Below, one piece after another: positions 22,748 through 29,684 of a DNA stretch of 64,000 nucleotides (the stretch's first letter is position 1; each line of letters begins with the position of its first letter). The position numbers were made by a program, and so were the translations under genes. Source of the stretch: a virus (Duplodnaviria > Caudoviricetes); IMG/VR virus record IMGVR_UViG_3300017791_000355, positions 71,662 through 135,661 of that record; one strand, given 5' to 3'. Under the pieces are notes generated by a model, which ran no database searches, was not told the origin of the DNA, and saw only the letters and a list, made by a program, of their open reading frames with translations.

Positions 22748-22785
22748 CCAGGATAGAACGCCTGGACCTGGGTCGGAGCTTCCGT
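22746..22785 (-). promoter_or_regulatory. Duplicate of the 22311-22349 promoter
   Basis: Differs from that copy by one substitution and one inserted base across 22747-22785. Confidence 0.65.
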
Positions 22786-22793
22786 TCAAATAT

Positions 22794-22899
22794 TGCTCAC
22801 AAGAGCCCTTGTCCTACCTTGCCATGCCTAACCCGGCCTTTGCCCAACTTGTCGTGCCACGCCGTGTCACGCCTAGCCTGACCCGGCCCTTGCCCAACC
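22794..22899 (-). ncRNA. Putative guide-like RNA unit B: about 18 GGY/GAC-NN units plus a 3' hairpin
   Basis: Minus strand reads GGTTG GGCAAG GGCCG GGTCA GGCTA GGCGT GACAC GGCGT GGCAC GACAA GTTG GGCAAA GGCCG GGTTA GGCAT GGCAA GGTAG GACAA GGGCTCTTGTGAGCA. Confidence 0.65.
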
Positions 22900-22915
22900 A
22901 ATTCAAATCAGAGAA

Positions 22916-22990
22916 TGCGCACAAGCGCCCTTGTCGTGCCACGCTCCGCCGCGCCGTGCCACGCCGTGCCACGCCTGGCCTGGCCGAGCC
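22916..22990 (-). ncRNA. Putative guide-like RNA unit A: 12 pentamers, mostly GGC-NN, plus a 3' hairpin
   Basis: Minus strand reads GGCTC GGCCA GGCCA GGCGT GGCAC GGCGT GGCAC GGCGC GGCGG AGCGT GGCAC GACAA GGGCGCTTGTGCGCA. Confidence 0.7.
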
Positions 22991-22996
22991 AAAACT

Positions 22997-23509
22997 CTAC
23001 TTACGTGACGCAGCCACGGGCGTCGAACGCTCACGTGGTCGAGGCTCTGGAATCTTGCGCCGTAGTTCACGATTCACGGCAGACACGACGCGTCCTTGGA
23101 CTTCGAGGTCGCGATCGTGCGCGACGACTTCATCGGACGCGAGTTCAGACCGTGGAACGTCCTGCTTGATGGCGAGCGCTCGACGGAGCTTCCGTCGACC
23201 GTTACGAGATGTCTTGGTGCTGTAGGCGCTGGCGCCGGACGCAGTCAAGAGCATCACCCCGACGTCCGAGTCGATCTTGACGGCGACGTGCATTGGAGGG
23301 TCGCGTCTTAACCACTCGGCTTCGACGAGTCCCTTGAGTTGAAGGCACCTGGTGCTGTACTCAGGCGTGTCACGCGTGACTCGGAACATGCGTTCGATCT
23401 CGTGAACCGCGATATGATCACCTCGCTCGAGTCGAGCGACCCGCTGAGCAGGAGTGATCTCCTCTTCGGTCTCAGGCGTGCTCTCGACGGTCTGCAACTC
23501 GAGATTCAT
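22997..23509 (-). CDS. Accessory protein of the RAMP/pentamer-repeat locus
   Basis: 170 aa. Its ATG overlaps the RAMP gene stop, and it ends 6 nt before repeat unit A. Confidence 0.65.
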   Translation of the reverse strand: MNLELQTVESTPETEEEITPAQRVARLERGDHIAVHEIERMFRVTRDTPEYSTRCLQLKGLVEAEWLRRDPPMHVAVKIDSDVGVMLLTASGASAYSTKTSRNGRRKLRRALAIKQDVPRSELASDEVVAHDRDLEVQGRVVSAVNRELRRKIPEPRPRERSTPVAASRK

Positions 23510-24069
23510 CCGATCACCTCGAACCGACCGAACTTCGGTCGCCAGTCGCCGACCCCGGTAATGCCGGAAGTCTCGACGATGTCGACGAGCTGATCGTCGG
23601 ACTTGATGATGGAAGGATCCCACTGCACGTCGAACGTGCACTCCCACGATGGAAAGATCGGTCGCGCGCGAATGACGCGGTTTTGCTTCACCTTGACCCC
23701 AGCAAGCTTGAGGTAGTTTCCGCTATCCCAGAGTCCTTCGACGGTCTTGGGACCCGGATACTGGAGGGCCCAATCACCCTCGATGATGATCCCACCCTTG
23801 ACTTGCTTGCCCAGCGTGAGCTTCCTGGCTCCCTCTTGAAGGGCTCCCTCGAGGACCTCACCGGGTAAGCAAGGCGCGCCCTTGTTGTTCACGTAGAGTC
23901 CGCCATTCCACTCGCACCGGCGAATCTCCAGCAGATCGGCGTCAGTCTTCTTCTTCTTATCGGTCAACTTCTTGAGCGCTCGCGCCATCTCATTCAGAGG
24001 GTCGGCGAGTTGCCCGTTGTGCATGATGAGAGGGGTGAGGCCGCGAATCGTGAACGTGGTGGTCTTCAT
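23506..24069 (-). CDS. Stand-alone Cas7/RAMP-like protein
   Basis: N-terminal strand TIRGLTPLIMHN, LPGEVLEGAL..GAR, VIRARPIFPSWECTF, and a C-terminal Gly-rich loop GITGVGDWRPKFGRFEV typical of RAMP RRM folds. Confidence 0.75.
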   Translation of the reverse strand: MKTTTFTIRGLTPLIMHNGQLADPLNEMARALKKLTDKKKKTDADLLEIRRCEWNGGLYVNNKGAPCLPGEVLEGALQEGARKLTLGKQVKGGIIIEGDWALQYPGPKTVEGLWDSGNYLKLAGVKVKQNRVIRARPIFPSWECTFDVQWDPSIIKSDDQLVDIVETSGITGVGDWRPKFGRFEVIG

Positions 24070-24128
24070 GTAAGCCTTGGAGCGTTGACGTCTTGGCGTG
24101 ATTGCCGTTGTCGTGCTCGCAAGAAGGG

Positions 24129-24155
24129 AACTCCCTGGACAATGCTCCGCTTTCA
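24129..24155 (-). promoter_or_regulatory. ECF-type promoter for the RAMP operon
   Basis: TGAAA-N19-GTT with GTCCAGGG in the spacer. Confidence 0.6.
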
Positions 24156-24168
24156 AAAATCGACCCAA

Positions 24169-24223
24169 TGCTCACAAGAGCCCATGTCTTGTCCGGACCC
24201 GCCACGCCTAGCGACGTCTCGCC
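24169..24223 (-). ncRNA. Putative guide-like RNA unit C (degenerate pentamers plus the same hairpin)
   Basis: Minus strand reads GGCGA GACGT CGCTA GGCGT GGCGG GTCCG GACAA GACAT GGGCTCTTGTGAGCA. Confidence 0.5.
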
Positions 24224-24522
24224 TAGGCCTGCCGTAAATTCGCGTAGTGCGTCAGGATCTCGGCGTGACAGCGCAACGGCGAGCACCAACACGCGAGGAC
24301 CTTCCCCCGGAGCTCGGGCAGCCGAGCCATCAAATCTGCCCGCGACAGGAGGTAGTCCTCGAACCTCGCAATCGCCTCCTCGCGAGTCGCGACCGAGAAG
24401 TGCGCGAGGGTGCCGTCCAGGGGACGATGTGTGTAGGGGTTGCCCCAGTCCGTCGAACGATCGACGAGTACGTCGTACCTCAGGCCGGACCGGACGTTGA
24501 CGACGAGACGGGTGCGGCTCAC
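24223..24522 (-). CDS. DUF4326-family protein
   Basis: Motifs R.T.WGNP...I..F..YL...L..L.GK.L.CWC.P..CHA.IL. Confidence 0.8.
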   Translation of the reverse strand: MSRTRLVVNVRSGLRYDVLVDRSTDWGNPYTHRPLDGTLAHFSVATREEAIARFEDYLLSRADLMARLPELRGKVLACWCSPLRCHAEILTHYANLRQA

Positions 24523-24857
24523 CGCCACCCCTCCGGCAACGTGCAGTTCTCCGGCGCATCCGCGAACAGCGGCGCTATCTCGTCGTCCTTGTAGCCCGCG
24601 TTTATGCACCCTACCCGACACACGTCGAACGTGATCTCGAGGTTGTTCCGCGCGAACGCCTTGAAGCGCTCCACGGACCGCGCGATGTCCTCGAGCGGCC
24701 GAACCCGGAGCGAGTGGTCCTTCGTCGGGATCGCGTACGACCGACCCTGCGGACCCTCGCCGACGCCGTAGATGGCGCCGTGTTCACGCTTCGCGACAAG
24801 CGCGGACCCCTTGCCATGGCGACCCGCGAGGTTCGAGCCGAAGACAAAGAACCTCAC
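24519..24857 (-). CDS. Phage protein with FVFGSN..G.HG.G.A motif (macrodomain-like family)
   Basis: FVFGSNLAGRHGKGSA, YAIPTK and VGC..AGY motifs. Confidence 0.7.
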   Translation of the reverse strand: MRFFVFGSNLAGRHGKGSALVAKREHGAIYGVGEGPQGRSYAIPTKDHSLRVRPLEDIARSVERFKAFARNNLEITFDVCRVGCINAGYKDDEIAPLFADAPENCTLPEGWR

Positions 24858-25202
24858 ATTTCGCCTAACCCTAGCGCCACCGCGAGGCACTCCGCGATGT
24901 CCTCGCGAGCCTGCTCGTCAACGTTCTTGGAAAGCCAATCCATCAGCGTCTTGGCGACGATGACTGCGTCCCCGGAATCATGATGATCGAGATGTCCGAT
25001 CTCGTATCGTTGAAGGTGATTGATTGCGACCATGTGCAGTTCTGAGAACTTTTTCATGTTGGTAACCGACGATTGATTAGTACATCGATGCGCTTGTTGC
25101 ATTCGGACAAGTCGGCGCACTCGAATCGAACGAAGTCGTCGCCGAAGCAACGGCGCACTGGTCGAAGGGCGAGCGCGTCCTCGTGGCCGCACCACATGCA
25201 CT

Positions 25203-25643
25203 TCACAGTGGCCACGGTCCGCCGTCGTAGACCAGACCGCCGTTCGGCATCACGATGCAGATCGGCTTCCGAGCTGCGAGCGCGTAGCGGACCGTCGTCC
25301 ACGTCCCGGACCGAAGGACCATCGAGGTCTCCTTCGGGGTCGCGATCATCACGTCCGACTGGGCGACGATGTCGCGATCGCGCTCGAGCGGTGGCTTCGC
25401 CGCGTAGACCACGTCGTGCGGGTAGCGAGGCACGCAGTGGGCGCGCGTCAGCGCGTTGGACGGATGATAGAAGATGCCGCGAAGTCCGGCGCATCCCTTA
25501 ACGATCGCGTCGAACTCCGCGTCGGCGCCGACGCAGTCCCCGTGGTGCGCGTAGTAGGTCTTGTACCAGAGCAGCTCGTAGACGCGCACGCGCTGCGCCT
25601 CGGTCATGCCGCGGCGGGTGCCGGTGAAGCCGATGTGAATCAT
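25203..25643 (-). CDS. SLOG-superfamily (DprA/YspA-like) nucleotide-binding protein
   Basis: GFTGTR, HGDCVGAD, RDRDIV and SGTW.TVRYA motifs. Confidence 0.7.
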   Translation of the reverse strand: MIHIGFTGTRRGMTEAQRVRVYELLWYKTYYAHHGDCVGADAEFDAIVKGCAGLRGIFYHPSNALTRAHCVPRYPHDVVYAAKPPLERDRDIVAQSDVMIATPKETSMVLRSGTWTTVRYALAARKPICIVMPNGGLVYDGGPWPL

Positions 25644-25782
25644 GCACGTTCGGCTCGGTGGATCCAACGCTTCCACTTGATGTTCTCGGACCTCGTGATT
25701 GACTTCTCTCTACATTGTCCGTCGCTCAAGTAGATCAGCAGAAAGCCGCGCGATGGATGTTTGATTGTCGCGACCGGTACGA

Positions 25783-26535
25783 TCACAGCACGCTCCACTC
25801 AGGCCGCGACCACAGCATCACGGCGTCATTGAAGCGGTTGACGTTCGACGCGAGTCCAACCGTCGTAGTTAGCGGGCCACTCGCGTACTGGTGGCGGTGG
25901 TGCCAGTGCCCGTGGATGTGCAGGCCCGGCGCCTTGAACTTGATGAGTTCCGCGATCATCTCCATCGACCGGCGACTGCGCTCGCGAAACGCCGGGTCTC
26001 CCTTGGGCTGGAACCCGGGCGGGTAGTCCGGCGCGTCGTGGGTAACGAGTACGTGGACCTGTCCCTCGACCGCGAGCGCGCGCTCGTGCTCCTCCTCCGT
26101 GATGGTCTCCTCAGGCCACCACGACTTGCCCGGGGTGCGAAGCGCGTGGTCGATCGACGGCGCGCCACCCACGAAGAGGAAGTGCGTGCCGTCCGCGTCT
26201 GTGTGGGTCGAGGCCCGGGGTTGGTAGATGACGTTGGGTGTGACGCGCACACCTCCACCGGGGAGCTGCTTCTCGAGCGCAACGCCTTGGCGAAGGGTTG
26301 GGTGCCAGTCGTGATTGCCGTCGGCGAAGCGCATCGTCACCGGAGGCTTCGCGTGGAGCTCTCCGGCACGCACGAGGACCGTGTCGAGCGCGACGTGTTG
26401 GTCGGACCCGGGCCAGAGGAATCCCCAGTCACCGACCTGGATGATCTCCGCGTCGTGCTCCGCGGCGAGCTCGGCCGCCTGCTGGACGAAATCGAGATCG
26501 CCGTGGGTGTCGCCCAGGAAAAGATAGGACCTCAC
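25783..26535 (-). CDS. Calcineurin-like metallophosphoesterase
   Basis: GDTHG, VGDWG, DGNHD, THDAP and HGHWH motifs. Confidence 0.9.
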   Translation of the reverse strand: MRSYLFLGDTHGDLDFVQQAAELAAEHDAEIIQVGDWGFLWPGSDQHVALDTVLVRAGELHAKPPVTMRFADGNHDWHPTLRQGVALEKQLPGGGVRVTPNVIYQPRASTHTDADGTHFLFVGGAPSIDHALRTPGKSWWPEETITEEEHERALAVEGQVHVLVTHDAPDYPPGFQPKGDPAFRERSRRSMEMIAELIKFKAPGLHIHGHWHHRHQYASGPLTTTVGLASNVNRFNDAVMLWSRPEWSVL

Positions 26536-26952
26536 GGCGTGCGCTCGTCTTCGTCGACGTCGTCCCCGGTGTCATCGTCTTCCAACTCTTCATCGTCCCC
26601 GCCGCCGTCCTCGTGGTCGGGCTGGATCCGACGGCCCACGACGGTCCCGATCGCGTCACCGACGTGCTTGCCGAAGTTCTCGAGCGCGGGCTGCGTGACT
26701 TCCTTGAGCACGTAGAGGATGGCCTTGCCGAGGACGCTCATCGCTTCAAACCTTGGAGATACCCGGATTGGTATTCGACGTTCGTCTCCGACGACGGTCG
26801 TCCGCCGACCGCGTCCATCCAACCCCGCATCCTTCGACCTTCACAAATGCGTGACGCCAGTTCGTCGGTCAACTGTGTGGGGAAATCAGAGCACGTACAC
26901 CACCGGGCCGACCTGTCCGACTCACATCGGCGGCCACCACATCGTTGACACA

Positions 26953-27246
26953 TCACGTTCCCTCGCAATCGTGCGGGACCCACCCGCACTCGCTGCACCA
27001 CGCCTTGGTGTTCTTAGGCGCCCGTGCGGTCTCGACCGTGCCCAAGACCGTTCGCAGCTTCTCGAGCGCCTTCTGCTTGTTCTTGAACTGCGACCGCTCG
27101 TCGTTGACGAGCACACCGATGCCTGTTGGGCGATGAAGGATGCGGACTCCGCTGCACTCCTTAGCGACGTGTTGTCCGCCACGCTGGTCGGGATGTGCGG
27201 CGACGCACCCGGTCGTGATCTCGAGGTCGCGTTCGTTGAAGGTCAC
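26953..27246 (-). CDS. Stand-alone peptide-chain release factor catalytic (GGQ) domain
   Basis: GGQHV...SGVRILHRPTGIGV....ERSQFKNKQKALEKL matches RF-1/RF-2 domain 3. Has a short CxxC tail. Confidence 0.8.
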   Translation of the reverse strand: MTFNERDLEITTGCVAAHPDQRGGQHVAKECSGVRILHRPTGIGVLVNDERSQFKNKQKALEKLRTVLGTVETARAPKNTKAWCSECGWVPHDCEGT

Positions 27247-27938
27247 GCTGCCTCCTTGATCCAATCGGGGAAAAGTTCGTTGAAGCGCTGCGAGAATACG
27301 TGGGCGGATTGCTGCCACGTCAGCGACGGGATCTCAGCGCCGAGTTGTTCGACGCCGGAGAAGCGAACGCTGAATTCCATGTGTGGGTCGAGCATCAGCG
27401 CGTCGATCTCGTCGATCATGATCCGGGTATCGACTTCCTTCACCAGCATGGTTGACTCGGGTGTCGGGTGAATCTCGAAGCGTTCGCACACTGCTCGCCA
27501 CCATCGATCTTCGACTCGACGATATCCGCGCATCACGTGCTGACGCTTCAGCGGACGGGTGACGTCACCGATGTACGCCTCTGACGCGTCGTGCATCAAT
27601 CCCTCGCGCGCCGCCATCAACGCGTCATCTTCGGACCAACCGCGCTCTCTGGCGAATTGCTCGACGAACTGCGAGACGATGACGCTGTGCGTTCCAACCG
27701 AATAGACCTCGCGGCTCTGGTTACCGTAGCGTCCCTCGCGCGCTAGACCGATGCAGACGTCGTCGTAGTGGATCTCGTCTGCTCGCGGGTCGAGAGGCCA
27801 CACCTTCTGTCCTGAATAGGTAGCGATCCAATCGCCACGTCGCAGACGTCCGTGATCGTCCCGGCCCCACTGACCGTGGCCGATCGCGGCCGCGAGGCGT
27901 CGGGTCCAGGGGTCGCGTTCGACGACGGTAACGCTCAC
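27243..27938 (-). CDS. HD-domain 5'-deoxynucleotidase (YfbR/YfdR-like)
   Basis: RY.......YSV..HS and LMHDASEAYIGDV.RPLK motifs. Confidence 0.8.
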   Translation of the reverse strand: MSVTVVERDPWTRRLAAAIGHGQWGRDDHGRLRRGDWIATYSGQKVWPLDPRADEIHYDDVCIGLAREGRYGNQSREVYSVGTHSVIVSQFVEQFARERGWSEDDALMAAREGLMHDASEAYIGDVTRPLKRQHVMRGYRRVEDRWWRAVCERFEIHPTPESTMLVKEVDTRIMIDEIDALMLDPHMEFSVRFSGVEQLGAEIPSLTWQQSAHVFSQRFNELFPDWIKEAA

Positions 27939-28748
27939 TGGTCCTCTTCGAGTTCCTCGAGCGTCAGGATCACGACCCCGTCAGCCGACTGATCCTCGTC
28001 GTACACGAGAGTCAGGTCGTGCTCTGCAAGAGCCTCGTTGATCGACTCGATGACAGTCTCCATGTCATCATCGTGCTCGATGCGGATCTCGCTGCTCACG
28101 ACCACCACACGTATGGTTCAGCCCAGTGCTCGAATTCATCGTCCGTCCAACCGTACCTCGACGCGGCGAGAGCGTGGAACGCGGCACGATGCGGATTGTG
28201 GTTCGTCGAACGGGCGAGAGTCGCGTATGCAAGGCCGAGGACCTGCTCCTGGCGCTGGCGAGGTGTTGGCTCAAACTGCCTTGCAATCTCGATCAACCGA
28301 TCGAGATCGACGACCTCAAAGTCGAGGTCGAACTGGTCTGGAGACGTGTAGTAGTCACCGTAGAGTCCCTGGTAACGAATGCGAATCTCGTCAACCCGGA
28401 TCTCGTCAACCCGGACGAGAATGACCTGGTACTCGACGATTCCCGCTCCTGGATTGCCGCGGCGAACGCACTTTCCTTGCTCGTCTACTACGAATCGACG
28501 ACCTGACTTGACGGTGCATGACTCCACGTCAGTCCCTCCGCGTGGCGAGCGCGTGCCGAGCGCGCGGCGACAAGGCCGTGGCCTTGGAGTCCTTGCGGAT
28601 CCCCGTGGTCACCTTGCCCTCACCGTCCATACTCGACTCGTTGATCTCGAGCTGTCGAAACAGATCCGGACGACGAGCTCGGACCTCGTGCGCGACGCGC
28701 TTGAGGTCCGCGGTCATCTGCATCCTCTTCGCGTAGTAGCGGTACATC

Positions 28749-29603
28749 TCAGCCGCCCTTGCGGAGACGATCCAGGACACTGCCGAGCGGTCCAGAGGTG
28801 ACCGGGGCAGTTGCCGGCGGCGTCTGAACAGGTGCCGACTGGACCTGCGTCTGGACCATCTGCTGCTGGACCTGACCGCCGACCTGCTGGGTCTGCTGGT
28901 GATTCGGCTGCTGAGGCGGAACCTCGGCCGGCGGGTCGATCGTGTCGAGATACGCCCGAAGCTCGGCGATGCTGGCGAGCGTCTGACCTGGTACCGGACG
29001 CCACTCGGCGTTCGAGACCGGCTTACCCTTGCTGTCGGTGATGCGCTGGCCGGTCTTCTTGTTGATCGCCGCAGAGACGATCGCGGCGACGATCACACCA
29101 CGGAACACGCCCATCGCGGCGAGCTCGCCGATGGTCATCGTGTCGTGCTCCTTCTTCTCGGCGATCGTGCGGGTCCCCGGGATGAATACGGGCATCCCGA
29201 ACTCGTCGGTGACCATGAAGCGGGCGCCCGTGACCGGGTTCAGGATGTAGCCCTCCGCATCCTTGGGGAGCTCAGTGACATCGATCGAGCGCATGATCGA
29301 CTCGAGGTACTGCTTGGCGTTGTCCTGCGCGTAGGTCGCGGCCCAGCCCTTGCCCTCGATGAACCACGGCCACCCGCGCGAGTCGCCCTCCTTGAGGGCC
29401 GCGTCAGTCGACTTGGCGATCAGGAACTCGGACTCCAGGATGGTCCCCATCCCGGCCGCGCCCTTGGCGGGGTCGCTCTGCTTGGTCTTGTAGGTCTTGA
29501 GGATGACCTGGTGGGTGCCGTCGCTGAGGCGATCGGCGTAGCTGCTGATGCGCTTGGCGCGCATGATGGTTCCGAAGATGTTGCCGAAGGGCTGCTGAGA
29601 CAT
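28749..29603 (-). CDS. Hypothetical replication protein (possible ssDNA-binding protein)
   Basis: Lies next to the helicase, has its own promoter and RBS, and has a Q/P-rich disordered C-terminus. The SSB role is inference only. Confidence 0.35.
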   Translation of the reverse strand: MSQQPFGNIFGTIMRAKRISSYADRLSDGTHQVILKTYKTKQSDPAKGAAGMGTILESEFLIAKSTDAALKEGDSRGWPWFIEGKGWAATYAQDNAKQYLESIMRSIDVTELPKDAEGYILNPVTGARFMVTDEFGMPVFIPGTRTIAEKKEHDTMTIGELAAMGVFRGVIVAAIVSAAINKKTGQRITDSKGKPVSNAEWRPVPGQTLASIAELRAYLDTIDPPAEVPPQQPNHQQTQQVGGQVQQQMVQTQVQSAPVQTPPATAPVTSGPLGSVLDRLRKGG

Positions 29604-29684
29604 GAGGACTCCAGGGATTGCAAACAGGGACGTTGTGTTGTTCCTGGAGAACTCCCTGGACGACGCGGCAGCTTCCCTCTCGAC

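Noticed and set aside
22620-23225. Plus-strand ORFs across the pentamer tracts (22620-23225, 22915-23169)
   Set aside because: These are low-complexity translations of the repeat (RRAVPRRATP) and lie antisense to real genes.
22794-24223. Canonical CRISPR array or simple microsatellite
   Set aside because: There are no 25-40 bp repeats separated by unique spacers. It is also not a plain microsatellite, because variation concentrates at two of five positions and each unit has a conserved hairpin.
27243-27938. DatZ of a 2-aminoadenine (Z) genome
   Set aside because: There is no PurZ or MazZ in the window. HD hydrolases of this type are common in ordinary phages.
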